56,302 nt of DNA, from assembly GCA_013239625.1 (NCBI GenBank), contig MU053347.1, positions 240,669 through 296,970 on the forward strand. Direction: 5' to 3'. The translations under genes were made by a program, and so were the position numbers. This DNA is from Lama guanicoe. Lineage: Eukaryota. Under the pieces are notes generated by a model. The model made no database searches. It saw nothing but the letters and a program-made list of their open reading frames with translations, and had not been told where the DNA came from. Positions within the stretch are counted from its first letter, which is position 1. The number at the start of each line of letters is the position of its first letter. Below, piece by piece: positions 39,001 through 52,670 of this stretch.

Positions 39001-42000
39001 TAGTCCTTGCTTAAAAGACAACTTAAAATCTACTTAGGGAGGTAAGGTATATAATCCAAAATGTTAATGACATATAGTAAAGTGTAGATTGCAACACAGA
39101 GACAATGCATCCATTTATTCAATCAACAAATAATTATTATCTACCTGCTATGGATCATATACTATTCTAGGCCCTGGGAAAATGACAGCCTAGAATGGAA
39201 GCCACATTCTAGTGGATAGTAATGTGAGTAAAATATGTGTAATACAAATATAATCTTTAAAAAGACTATCATCATCAGTAACATGTTTCAGGTAATGGCA
39301 TGTTAAATCCTAATTCTCTGAAGCAAAGAATATAATGAGACTACACAGCAAGAGGATGCTGTTAGTCCAAAAATGCTATCAATGGAAAAACCCTCTAGTG
39401 TTCATATGACCTCTCTGATGACAAAAGGAGTGGGAAAGCATTCTCCCTCCTTGCACGATGAACACAATGTCACTCAGCACATATTCTATGCACATATTCT
39501 TAGAATATATTCTATATCCTAGGGGCATCAGATTCTATGGCTCTGCTCTGGCACTCGAATATCAGCAGGCTGTGGACTGGCAGCTCTGTCTAAAAGGAGG
39601 GAGCTTGGCTGAAAATCCTGGAGGCAGAGCCAAGGCCCCTTCACTGGACTATGTGACTATGTAGGCATCGAAGTTATCCGCCACAGATAGGAAAACCACA
39701 GGGGGCTAAAACAGAAAAGTAAACAGGTGGAGGATGTCATCTGGTGACTGACAGCACTTTGTAAGTACATGTGAAATATCAGCTGGGAACTCTCAAACCA
39801 ATTGGGAAGACTTTGCAAAGAGGTGGAAACACTGCAGTGGGTGGAGACATAGGTGAGGAAATCAAAAGTATTACATATTATTCCCTTGCCTTTTAATGAG
39901 AGAAATTCCTGATAATTGGCAGGTATGCTGCTTGCTAAGTCAGTTTTTAGAGGCAGCTATGAAAGTTAGAAAGAGCTGAAACAGAATTAATTTGTTCTAT
40001 TTAAGAAAGGAGAGAAAGGATTCAAGGAAAGATCTGGAATGGAGGACTGGAACTAGAGAGGTTTGGAGAAGAGTCAAAAGAGAGAGAAAACCTGTGGCTC
40101 TATGGCTGTGAGGAACTTGGGAATATAGATCAAGTCCACAGGTTTGGTGAGAAATGGTGTTTCCCATCCTGTGAGATAAAAATCCCTCTTATTGTTTTCA
40201 GTAAAATATACGCTTGGGGGCAAGTGGCTTCTTTAGAGTGAGTGAGAAAAATCGTTTGCCCCTACTCCATGTATGGGAATAACTAACTTCTGGGCTCCTT
40301 CGACTGTTGATGTGAACACAAAGTCACTTATTCCATGTCGCTCTTCCACACTAGGTGACAGCCTCCCTCGGGCTGGGGCTGTGCCAGCCATTGGTCACTC
40401 TGTCCCCTCTTCCTGGCACATAGGAGGCAACTGATGAGTATTTGTGATTCAGCTGTCTGGCTGACTCACTCACCTTTATCCTTGATGAAGAGATCTAAAG
40501 ACAGGAAAGTATTATTCTCTCTTGGAGGTTTTCATGTGCTGATCTTGCCTAGGTCCCAAAACCTCACTTTCTGAAGAGACACGTAAGAGACTCAGAGTCC
40601 ACAGATTTCAAAGAAAATCCCAGAAGTGGCAGCAGAACAGAACCTAACACTCCCAGCCACTAACAAGCATTGTTGTGGTTGAAGAACCATTCAAGAAACA
40701 CTGCAGAAATACTTTTCAGGGTAAGGTTACTTGTTAATTCCACAGTGGAGGTAACTTCTACAAGTACCCAATTTAGAAAAGTAAACAAGCAGCTGGAGAA
40801 GGTACCCAGCACACGTGCAGATGCCAGCGCTCCCTTCCCACCAGGATGGAAGAGGATTTCCACTGGAGACTCAGTGCAATGAGATTTTATTACACAAAAA
40901 CACATATAGACCACTTTGCATCTACTGTCTCCTTTGCTTTTTTCCCTATATTAAGTCTTAATCCCTAGAGGAGAGAAAAACACAACGGCTTCTCTGCCCT
41001 AAATTTTCCAAATTCAAGAAAAATACGTATGTTACATGTTCTCCAAAACTCAGAACTAGTATGTATTTGAAAGGAATGGCTGGAATCCCCATTTGAAGAC
41101 TCTTGAATCCAGTAGCACTTGAGTGGTGGCTAATCCTAGTAGCCAAAGCTGATAAGTGCCCTCCATTGAGCAGTGGCTTGAAAATACAGGACTTTCTGTG
41201 ATTTTGCCTTTGTGATTAGAAACATATGACAACCTGTTGTCAGAGATGGGGAGGCGGGGGCGGATCAATCACAAATATTGCAAACTCAGATAAAAATATG
41301 GAAATAGGATCCCTGAATTTTTCTAAAATCTACCATTTTTTGACTTTTACTCTTGTATTCATACTCTGTGTTAATCTAATTTTTTCTCTTTCCCCCTGCC
41401 AGGATGGATGAACTGTTCTATGGTGGTTAAGGTGGGGGGAAGATTGCTTTCTTTTTGTTTTTATTTCTTATTTATGCCATTAAACAAGCTTGGATTACAT
41501 TGGACAAGACATTCAATTGTTCTAAGTTCAGTGTCCTCATCCATAAAATGAGGGTGATAATATAGTGCCACTTATATAAGGGAGATGTGAAGATTAAATG
41601 AGATAATAAATACAGAGTGCTGAGCAAAGTGTCCAGAGCATATCAAGTGCTCTAAATGTTCATTCTTGTTGTCTTTAAATGTGAGTTCTCTTTCTTGTGT
41701 GCTACCTCTAAACTTGTTTAACTGAATTTTATGACTTAACTCTATTCCCAATTAATTCTTAATTGTTTAAAATCATTTCTGAGCCTCTTGAAAATAAGAA
41801 TATTTAAGAAGTACATTTTAATGTAGGAAGGTAATCATGTTCACAATGGTAGTTTACATAAACAGCTCTGATTTCCTTGAGGGCAGGGCCTTCAGTGGTT
41901 TTCCTCACTGCTACAAACAGTGAGTGCTTGACACATCAAAGGTGCTCAATAAATATTTGTTGAACAAATGAAACAAGTTGAAAACAATTTAGTAAAAAAA

Positions 42001-44265
42001 TATATATATATATATACTACTTCACAGTGACAATAGTAAGGCAGAAATATAAACCAGTCACATTTGGTAGTACGATGAGAATATTATTCCTTGGAAACCA
42101 TGGTAGCAATGTGGATGCCATTTATGGCTTCATCACCATGACTTGTTCTCTGACTCATTTCTGGCCAATTCAACTTAGAAGACCTTAATTTCAAGAGCTT
42201 ATTTTATGCCTGGACTTGTGGCATATATCACTCCATTCTGTTTCCTGGATTGGGGAGATAAAGTAGCCAGTTTTTGCTTCTGATAAAAAAGAACTGAAAC
42301 ATTCTACTATTAATCTTACATGAAACATAGCTTGGCATGACTTGCACATAAGCAAAGAAAACATTTTATTTATTTTTTTCCAGTACTAATTTTGCTTCCC
42401 TTCAGGATCCAATAAGATTAAGAATCTGGCCATTAAGTTACAAAATAAATTCCAGTGCTATATAAAACATGTGAAAATATAATGGCTTGAGCCAGGCTCT
42501 TACTTCATAAATTGACAAGAAAGTCTGGTCATATTAATGGCCATCTTAAATGAAGTACCCATTAATCCAAAAATTTACACTTTCTTTTTCACTGAATATG
42601 TGTGTTGGTTCTTTCCTCTTTATCTTTCTTTTATATTTAGTAAAATCTTTAAAGGGGAGAATTGTGACAAATAAAGGAAAGCTGGCATAGAAGATAACCA
42701 TACATGAACGAAAAATTAGAAAAGACTGTCATACCCATTTCATTCTCTACAGCTAAATGTTCCCCTACTTGTGATATATACAGATGGATCATTTTTTAGC
42801 TCCTGGGGCACCAAACAGCCTGCATATTTTACAACACATTTCCCAAATTTGTATCACATTCACATTCACCTTCACTGTATTTATCAAAACTGCATACATG
42901 CCCCTTATACTATTGTTCACCTAATATTTCCTTACCTCAAATTTTAAGCTTTCTATGTATCTTAGATTTGCTTTAAACAAGAGTATCTGGGAAAACAAGC
43001 ATGTGTGCTTTTTCCTAATGTATATTAAACACTGAATATTAAAATAAGTGCCTGTCCATTCAGCACCCATCAAATATTTCATAGCCCCCGTGGGATGTGT
43101 ACCAAACTTTAGGAAACATGACTGAGTGCTATCAGCAGCAGTTATCCTTTCCTGCGAACTGAATGAAGAAACCACCTCCTGTTAATATATTTGTGGAAAA
43201 GACTATTGTAGATGCCGCTGTGCCACGAGATCAGTTGGCATCACATCCAGAGCATTTGGGCATGGTTTCCATTCTGTAGTCAAATTAAAATTACAAAAAA
43301 CAAAAAAGCTTTTGAATAGAGGTGCCTGCACTTACACTGCCAGAGAGCATGTGAAGGACTTCCCTACATCCCAATCAGGAAGCCACAGAGGGGGACTGGC
43401 AGCCCTGTTTGTAATGCTGTCCACTGACAGAAGTGCCCAAGTGAGGGTCTGAAAAGGAAACTAATGATTGACCAAGAGTTTCAACATCTCTTCTCTTGAT
43501 TCTCACAATGGAAATAATAGTGAAGTTATTTACTGTCTGAAGAGTAACTCTTCACTCCTTCTCAGTCTTGCATTTAGAAGAGTGTTGCAGAAACAGTAAA
43601 CAAATTTCTTCTCCAGAGTTGCATTCTCCGTGGGGAATTTGCATTCCTTCCTGACATACCACAAAGAACTATAAAAACACATCAGCTCAAAGAGGAAAAT
43701 GAGAGTTAATATTTAAAGGAGCAGTTAGGAATCAACTACCCCTCAGATTAATAATAGTTAACATTTATTGAGTACCTAAGACATGCCCAGGACTGTCTAA
43801 TCCCTGCATTGCATTATCTGTTCTGTTACAATCACAGTAACTCAGTGTGTAGGAACTCTTATTACCATCACTTTACAGAGGAAAACAAACTTAGAGAAGT
43901 TTCAGACAGAACACAAACCCTGGGTTTTCTGACTCCAGAGCTGAAGCTTTTACCCACTACATACAACCAGTAAATACCCTCAGTCAGTTCTTTGAGAGCT
44001 TCAGCTGAACTCCCAAATTAATTATCTTGTTGATTTTTAACATACATTTCCTTATTTGTTAACCAATAAGAAGAACAGAACTTGACAGCCAGTTAGAATA
44101 AAGGAAAGTTGTGCTACTTGGAAATGAAAGCTATCAAGAAAAGTTAAAGATTCTATTTATTGTATGTCAATCACTTTACATATATTATCAAATTTAACAC
44201 TTAAAACAAGCATATCATACCCATTTCACAGATGAAGAAAGCAGAGCTCTAAAAAATAAGGAACT

Positions 44266-44329
44266 GTAAGGTACTGGGTTCAATCCCCAGTGCATCCATT
44301 AAAAAAAAGAAAAAAGAAAAAGAAAAAAA
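44266..44329 (+). mobile_element. 5'-truncated Vic-1-like SINE inserted in a MIR
   Basis: ggtactgggttcaatccccagtgcatccatt followed by an A-rich tail. Confidence 0.8.
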
Positions 44330-45539
44330 TTAGAAATTTGACCAAAGTTACATAGAAGAAGGGGCATTTTTAATCAGGCCTTCTGACTGCAAGGCCCATC
44401 ATCTTAATTAATATGCTAAAAGAAATTCTTCAAAATAGGTTAAAAAAATAATTTTCAAGGTATTTATATGGAGGTCTTCAGCCAGTACTCATCGTCACTG
44501 AGAGAAAAGGACACTAATTCATTGTCCTCAAAATTGGATCCTGGGCTAGCAACATCAGCATCATTGGGGATCTTGTTCATCACGTAAAATGTCAGGTCCC
44601 ACCCAGAACCACTGAATCAGAATCCAAAGTGTGGGACCCAGCTTCTTTTTAACAAGTCTTGTAGGGAACTCTGATGCTCATCCAAGTTTGAGAACCACTG
44701 GCTTGAATCATTATTCCCTCACCCTGGTAGCATCTTAGGATCACTTGAGAATTTTACTTAAATAAGATGCTTGGGCTAGTTCCTAAAGATTCTGATTTAG
44801 TTGATCTGGGTGGCAGCATAGACAAAGGTATTTTAGGAAATGAACTAGGTGGTTCTAACATGCAGCACGGTTGGGAAAGAAATGGCTTCTAATTGAAAGA
44901 GCTAACCAGGAAAAGAGGCTGTGAAAAGAGCTGGACTGGTTCTGTACAAAGAAAGAGTAAACTTACTTGGATATGCCTAAAAACATTTCTGGAGAGTTAT
45001 TTAGTTCTAGGATTAGAAAACAATGACTTTAGTGACTTTAAAGTGTTATATATTTAATTTCTAAAGCATTTAAGGACACAAAGATGACTACATATTAAAT
45101 AAACTGAACCCAAGAGATTAAGCATCTCCATGGTTCACATTGTTTTATTGTTGAAGAAATTTATCTCCTGTTTTATGTTTTGGAAGCCTTTAAAGAATAA
45201 AATATTTATGTCTTGATCACTTATGAGAACAAAGTTGACTCTCATCTAATAATTTACAATTGCTTTTATGATGACATTTTGTCTCTGATTTCATAAAGTG
45301 TCCTTATATTTTCCTCCCAAAATAAGCAGTCAGTGCCTGTGTTATCTCTAAGTGCTCCAATATTTGATTCACCTGGGATGAATGAATGACTAAGAAAAGC
45401 ACAGTGACAAGTCATCTTTCCCAAATAAATGACAAAAGCTTAGAGTTACTGGTTGTAACCCACCATACATAACCTACATGGATTCTACACCTTCTGCAAG
45501 GAAAGCATGAACTATTTTCTTGTATTAAATTGCCAACAC

Positions 45540-46025
45540 ATGTCTATAGCAAGACTATTCACAATAGACAAAAGGTGGAAACAACCCAATTGTCCATCAA
45601 CAGATGAAAGGATAGACGAGCCATGGTGCAACCTTATAATAGAATATTATTCAGTCACAAAAGGAATAAAGTACTGATATATTCAACAACATGGATGAAC
45701 GTTGAAAACATTATGCCAAGTGAAAGCAGCATGTGACAAAGTTCATATATTGTATGATTTCACTTATATGAAATATCCAGAGCAGGTAAATCCTTAGTAG
45801 AGATCGCAAGTAGATGACTGGCTTTCCAGGGGCTGCAGGTAGCGGGGAGTAGATAGCGGTAGTGAGTGCTAAATGAGTACAGGGTCTCCTTTCAGGCTGA
45901 TGAAGTGATTTGGACCTAGATAGTGATGATGATTGCACAGCTTTGTGTACTTAAAAGCCCTTGAGCTGTATGCTTTAAAATAGTTATTTTTTTAATGTTA
46001 TGTGATTTCTCCTCAATAAAAATGT
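45540..46025 (+). mobile_element. L1M (L1MB-like) 3' end
   Basis: ttcacaatagacaaaaggtggaaacaaccc...acatggatgaac...ctcaataaa. Confidence 0.85.
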
Positions 46026-46117
46026 TTTCAAAATAAGTGGCACTACATCTCTAAAAAGCATATTTGGCATCTGTATATTCTTTAGATAACCATGATGCAC
46101 TGAAATAAAACATGTAT

Positions 46118-48361
46118 TTTTTTTTACTTTTATTTTAAAATATAGATTAAACAGGAAACTGCAAAAGTAGTAATCAGGAAGACCCATGTACCCTTCACTC
46201 TGTTTCCCCACTGGCTGCATCTTACATAATTATAGCATAATATTATAATCAGGAATTGGACATTAGTACTATGTGCATGGATAGTTCTGTGTCATTTTTA
46301 TTGTGATATTCACTTTATTGTGGTAGTCTGGAATCAAACCCACAATGTCTTCAAGGCATGCTCATATTTCTTTCCTCCAGGTGGGACAAACTCTGTGATT
46401 TGATTTACATCATTACCCAGCATGACTGCAACCAAGAAACAGAAATATTCCACCAGCACAAACATCTCCCTTATGCTATTTCCTCACAGTCGTGCTCACA
46501 TTCTCTGCTCAACACCATCCTTAACCCTTGGCAGCCACTAATCTGTTTTCCCATTTCTATAACTCTGTCTGTCATTTCAAGAATGTTATATAAATTTGAC
46601 ACAACATTGTAAAATGATTATAAATCAATAAAAAATGTTGAAAAAAAGAATGTTATATAAAGGAAATTATGTTGCATGTGATCTCTTGAGATTGGCTTTT
46701 TTCATTCATTGTAATGCCCTTGAAATCCATCCAAGTTGTGCAGGCATTCCTGATCACTACTGAGTAATATTCCATGGTATGGATGTACCACAATTTGTTT
46801 AACTGTCACTTCCCAAGGGACAGTTTGGTTGCTTCTAGTTTGGGGCTATTACAAATAAAGCTTCTACAAATAACTGTGTACAGGTTTTTGTGTAGACATA
46901 AATTTCCAATAAATGTGCAATATATGCCCAGAAATACTATTGCTGGATTTTATAATAAGTATATATTTAGTTCTTTTAAGAAACTGCCAAACTGTTTTCA
47001 AGTGTCTATACCATTTTATATCCCCACCAGCCATATATGAGAGATCCACTTGCCCCACGTCCTTCCCAAATGCTGATTTGGTATTGTCACTATTTCTTAT
47101 TTCAGCTGTTCTAAGAGGTGTGGCTTAATACATCATTGTTATCTAAGTTTGTATTTCGCTAATGGCTAGTGACATTAAACATTTTTTCATGTACTAATTT
47201 GCCATAATGTACTCCTGTCAGTGAAATTTCTCTTCTCTATGCTTATATTCTAATTAGATTATTTGCTATTTTTATATTGATTTTTGAAAGTTCGTTATAT
47301 GTTTTACATGTGAGTCTGCTGTCAGATATATCACTTGCAAATATTTTCTCTCAGTCTGTGTCTTTTGTCTTTTCAATTTCCTTAATAAGGTTTTCTAGAG
47401 CAAAAGTCTATAATTTTCATAAAGTTTAATTTATCATTTTTTGTGTGAATAATGCTTTTTGTGTCATCCTTAATAAATCTTCACTTTAGGTACTGAAAAT
47501 TTTCTCCTATGTCATCTTCAAAATGTTTATAGTTTTACATTTCACATTTAAACGTATTAATCAGTTTAAGTTAGTATTTGTATAACATGTGAGGCTTACG
47601 TTGAAACTTTTGTTTTGTTTTGTTTTCTTTTTTTTGCTTGTGGACATCCAATTGCTCCAGCACTGTTTATTATAAAGATTATTCATTTTTCATTGAATTG
47701 CTTTTACACCTTTAGAAAAAAATCAGTTGACTGTATTTGTATGGGTTTATTTCTAAGTTCTTTATTCTATCCAAATGATCTCTGTGCCTCTCTTTTCACC
47801 AGGACCACCACAGCCTTGGTTTCTGTGGTATATCATCATTCTTGAACTCAGGGTAGAGTGAGTTCTCCTACTTTATTCTTCTTTTTGAAAATTGTTTAAG
47901 CTATTCTAGTTCCTTCACTTTTCAATATAATGTTGTCTACATCTATAAAAATCTCCCTGAGATATTTATAGGATCTGTATGTTAATTTGGGGAGAACTGA
48001 CATCTTTGCAATGCTCTACTATGTTGAGTCTTTCAATCAATGGACATGGTTTGTTTCTTCATTTGATTTATTTCATCAATGTTTTGTAGTTTTCAGTATA
48101 CAAGTCCTGCATGTTTTATTAAATTTACAACTAATTTTGAATGGATATAAATGGTATTTTTATATAACTTTGGTTTATACATTTTCATTGCTAACATTCA
48201 GAAGCATAATTGATTTTTGAACGTTTATTTTATATTCTAAATTCCTGAACTCACTTTTTAGTTCTTGAAGTTTTTTGTAGATTTCCTTGAATTTTGTACA
48301 TAGACTATCATGTCACTTGCAAATAGGGACAGTATATTTCTTCCTTTCTAATTTATGTCTT
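46118..48361 (-). mobile_element. L1M (L1MC-like) 3' UTR plus degraded ORF2, carrying nested insertions; runs into the N gap at 48362-48587
   Basis: The minus-strand ORF 46864-47058 (KWYRHLKTVWQFLKR) is an L1 ORF2 C-terminal remnant. Confidence 0.85.
46595..46645 (+). mobile_element. 51-bp young L1 3' tail nested in the L1M
   Basis: tttgacacaacattgtaaaatgattataaatcaataaaaaatgttgaaaaa; perfect 16-bp TSD AAGAATGTTATATAAA at 46579-46594 and 46646-46661. Confidence 0.88.
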
Positions 48362-48889
48362 NNNNNNNNNNNNNNNNNNNNNNNNNNNNNNNNNNNNNNN
48401 NNNNNNNNNNNNNNNNNNNNNNNNNNNNNNNNNNNNNNNNNNNNNNNNNNNNNNNNNNNNNNNNNNNNNNNNNNNNNNNNNNNNNNNNNNNNNNNNNNNN
48501 NNNNNNNNNNNNNNNNNNNNNNNNNNNNNNNNNNNNNNNNNNNNNNNNNNNNNNNNNNNNNNNNNNNNNNNNNNNNNNNNNNNNNNNCTCAACTTGAATG
48601 AAATCAATAAACTATAGATCAAATGAAATCAACTGAGATCAAATTAGGTCATATTCTGTGTTATGAATAAGGCCCTATTATAAGGGCTAAGGATTCACTA
48701 TGTCACTATACACGTGTGGAAGTCCAGTAAATTCCATTACTTATTATAAGTCCATCAATAAAAGTAAATTTATAAATTCTACAATCAATCCATGGGGATA
48801 CTGGCTCAAAATGTATTTCATCTCTTGATTTGGAAAGTCTACCTTAGAAACAAAAGTAGGATCCTTGGGTTTTAATCCCCACTCTTTCT

Positions 48890-50592
48890 TTCATCCATTC
48901 GTTCAGCAAGTATCTATTGAGGCTATCCTGAAGCACTGCTCAAGGTGTTGCAGGTAGAGCATGAAACAAACATAAACTTTCATGACACCACACAGCTTAC
49001 ACTCTGATGAGGGGGGACAGAAAAAAACAATTATTAATATATACCACACTGTATATTATATGGTGATCAGTGTTATTAAAACAAAAAAAATAGGAATGTA
49101 AGAGAAGGAATACTGTGGTAGTGGTGGATATAAATAGGAAAAGTGATCAATGAGCAAATATTAAAAGAGACGAGCGTGCTAAGCAAAATAATGGCCCTCC
49201 TCCCAAAGATATCCACATCCTAATTCCTGGAAACTTAAATGTGTTTAACTTACATAGCAAAAGGGAATTTGCAGATATTAATAAGGTTACCAACCTTGAG
49301 ATGAAGAGATTATCCAAGTGCCTGTCGCCGGATAGGTGCAACTGGTGTTCCAGGTTCTTGTCCCATCCCAGAAAGAATTCAGAGACAAGACTTAGAGGTT
49401 AAAAAGGTAAAGTGAGGATTTATTAAGGGGTGGATAGTACACTCTCAGGGGAGAGCGGGCAGGCTCAGGTGAGCAGCTGTCTTGAGTTTCTTTGGCAAGT
49501 TTGTTACATAGGGTGTAAAAATGAATGGGCAGAATATTCACTGGGGAGGGAGGGTTGGGGGTCGTATTCCCTGATTATCATCCCAACTCCACCTTCCCAA
49601 AGGGAGGAGGGATTTTTGTCCTTATTTAGTCTGGATTGGAAGTGTCATGGCATCAGTGCATGATGGGTACTTTTGATCTGTAAGGCTAATTTTGTTGAAA
49701 TGAGGGCATAATGGGCAAAATGGTTACATTCAGACACTGGAAATTCCTGCCTTTTCTGACCTTTCTTTGTTGGTCTCCAAGCCAAAAGTTTTGGTCCCTT
49801 ATCAACCCAAAGATTCCAGCTTTTCTTTCTCTGCCCAAGGATCCCTGCTGCTCACATGATGTGTGGTTTCCTGCATTTGGCCTCTGCCCCTCCTTTCTGC
49901 CTAATTCCTGCATTTTGGTCTGTGTCCCCCTTTCTCTGCTCATATCTAGCTATCTGCCTGCTCTAACAGACCCAGTCTAACCACATTGGGTCCTTAAAAT
50001 CAAAGCACCTTTCCCAGCTATGGTCATAGGGTTATGTGACTATGGAAGATGGATCAGAGAGAAGCAATCATTTTTGCTTTGAGGTTGGAGAAAAAGCACC
50101 AAAAGCCAATGAATGTGGGTGACCTCTATAAGCTGGAAAAAGAAAGGAAATGGATTTGCCTCTACAGCCTCCAGAAGAGAATACAGACATCCCAACATCT
50201 TAATTTTAGCCCAGTGAGACCTGTGTCAGATTTGTGACCTACAAAACTGTAAGATAATAAATTTGTGTTGCTTTAAATCACTAATTTTGTGATAATATTT
50301 TACAGCTGCAGTAGAAAATTAATACAGTGAGGGAGTGTCTTGCTTATTAAACAAGGAGCAGTGGGGAGGTCTGTGAGTCTGGAGAAGTGCAGTATTAGAA
50401 GATGAGGTCAGAGTGAAAGGATGGAGGTAGAAGATTATGAATGGCCTTGGCGGCTTGTGTAATAGAATTGGTTTTTACTCTGAGGTGGGAAGCCATTGTG
50501 AATTTTTAATCAGAGGAATGTGATGTCTTATGTCTTAAAGGGATAGCTACTTTGTAGGAGGGCAAGGATAAAAACCTGGAGCCCACTGAGTA
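48890..50592 (+). mobile_element. L2 relic interrupted by an MLT1 LTR (~49175-50326) and ending at the ERV
   Basis: L2 terminus ttcatccattcgttcagcaagtatctattgag; MLT1 text ataatggccc...ccaaagatatccacatcctaat...gtagaaaattaataca. Confidence 0.7.
49323..49968 (-). mobile_element. Solo ERV LTR, 646 bp, inserted in the MLT1
   Basis: TG...CA termini (tgtcgccgg...ctctaaca); minus-strand AATAAA at 49419-49424; MLT1 sequence resumes after it. Confidence 0.8.
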
Positions 50593-51040
50593 TGTAAAGG
50601 AAAAGCCCAGCTGGGCTAACTCATAAATCTAAAGTTTAGTGTTAGTCTATTGGGCTAACGAGCTCAGTCACAAATCTAAGTGTAATAAGTGTCGGTTTAC
50701 TGATATAAGTTCTGCCGGGCTAACTTGTAAATCTAAAGTTTAGTGTCAGTTTACTGGGCTAACAAGCTAACTCGTAAATCCAAGCTCAACAAGTGTCAGT
50801 AATGTGATCTGTTCCAAATTGATAAGCTCCAGTGTACTGATTCCTTCCTTTCTGTTATTTGAACCTTACTGGCTAATAGCCCATACTTGTAATTAACCCT
50901 ATAAAACCTCATGTACACGTCTTGGAGGTGCTCAGAGCTTCGGAGCAGAAGTCCCTCTGAGCCCGCCGGCATAATAAATCTGAGTACTCCAACCCTCCGT
51001 GTGGTGCTTGTTTCTTGGCTGGCCTGTCATTTCCGTAACA
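50593..51040 (+). promoter_or_regulatory. 5' LTR, 448 bp
   Basis: TG...CA; TATAAAA at 50900-50906; AATAAA at 50973-50978; homologous to 55741-56251. Confidence 0.95.
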
Positions 51041-51044
51041 TTTC

Positions 51045-51062
51045 TGGAGGCCCCAGTGAGAT
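51045..51062 (+). promoter_or_regulatory. Primer binding site, tRNA-Thr type
   Basis: TGGAGGCCCCAGTGAGAT, one CpG-type mismatch from the recalled Thr PBS TGGAGGCCCCAGCGAGAT; 4 nt after the LTR. Confidence 0.82.
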
Positions 51063-52320
51063 ACAACCATGCCGGCCCCTTGAGCCGCTGGACTGGTGGC
51101 TCCGGCCGACCGGGGGATGGGACTCTGGCAGCGAATGAGGTGGCGCCGCCTGACGGTATTCCGGGTTCTCTTTCGTGACAGCAACTCGGCCCCCGGGTGG
51201 CTGGGCTACAACCAGAGCCAGACTCCGTGGAGGACGGACAGACTCACCAGGTGGCCGTCCGGACAAGGTAGGATCCCCAGGAAGGAATCAGGTCCTGTCC
51301 CACTGGACAGAAGAGGAGGCTGATCCCATCCTACAGGCTTTCCGTCTGATGGTATTTCAGATGGGGAAATCAGGAATCAGGTCAGGAATCAGGTCCTGTC
51401 CCAGTGGACAGAAGAGGAGGCTGATCCCCTCCTACAGGAAACAGGATATTGGAATTGGTGGAAGGACTGTTGTTAACCTCTGTGTGTGTGTGTATATGAG
51501 TAAATGAGTGGCCTATAAAGCATGCGATCAGGCTCGAGTTTGTAGCTCCACAGCATTGTGCTACGGAATTCGAGTGAGTCCCAACCTGTGGTTCCGTGGT
51601 GACCTCATACGGCTCAGGGTGGTATCGGTTCCTCAGGGTCCCGATCGGAGTCAGCGGCTTATACTGACCCGCCAAAGCTAAGAGGCACCTACATCCCCAT
51701 GAGGGGAGTGGACAGGCGGACGCAATGAAAACCCTCCCTTGTCTTGTCTGCGACACCGGCACAGGGTGGCTACACTGGGAGGGAAAAGAACATAGACAGC
51801 CAATGTGTCAACGCCCCTGTACCCTTGGAGGCTAGGATACTATTTCTCTGAAAAAGTCTCCTACCTGACTCTGGCACAGAACACCCAAGACTTATTGTTC
51901 CCCTACTGAAGTGACCAAAGTAGTGCCCCTTTTCCCTAGCCTCAGACCCCCAGGACTCAAGTTTAGAAGACGAATTCCTTCAGGACCGGGCTTGCCTGGC
52001 CCTGGAGGTCCCTTTCCTAGTCCATTTGTTTTGCCATCTGCTGTCAGTCCCATGCCCCTGATACATTAGTTCAGAATATAGAGAGGATTTAATGAAACAA
52101 GTCCCTAAAACTGCTTGAGGCCTTGAGCTCCAGAGACATCAGCTGTGACTGGAACCCAGAGTCCCTGACCAAGTTAGCCTTAAAACAACTCATAGACCAA
52201 GCAAGAGAGCAGTCTCTCTGGAAACTCCGATGTCTTAAAGAGTAAAAAAAAAAAGATATAAAGTCTACCTTCCCAAACATCTAAAGCAACAGGACTATTA
52301 TCCTTAAACATCTAAAAACA

Positions 52321-52670
52321 ATGGGAGGCTCTAAGTCAAAACCCACCACTCTAGACTGCATGATTAAGAATTTCAAAAAGGGGTTTTCAGGAGACTATGG
52401 AATTCAAATGACCCCTGGCAGGCTCCGCACTTTGTGTGAGCTTGAATGGCCGGCCTTTGGAGTTGGGTGGCCCTCAGGAGAAACTCTGGACCTAGCAAAG
52501 GTGCAAACAGTCTATCAAATAATCACTGAAACCCCAGGCCACCCAAATCAATTCCCTTACATTGACTCCTGGCTAAATATTGCCCAGACTCTACCCCCAT
52601 GGATTTGGTTTTGCTCAAATGGACCTGGACAATACAAGATATTAGCAGCTCAGCCGGTCCAGGCCAAAAA
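52321..52670 (+). pseudogene. gag: gag matrix (MA) domain only
   Basis: MGGSKSK myristoylation motif; KNFKKGFSGDYG...LRTLCELEWPAFGVGWP...GHPNQFPYIDSW. Confidence 0.92.

Noticed and set aside
48287..48622. ORFs spanning X runs
   Set aside because: Artefacts of an N gap; the same applies at 7972-8039, 19365-19449 and 27396-27438.
50610..50800. CRISPR-like or satellite repeat array
   Set aside because: The spacers are homologous to each other and lie inside a retroviral U3 in a mammalian genome.
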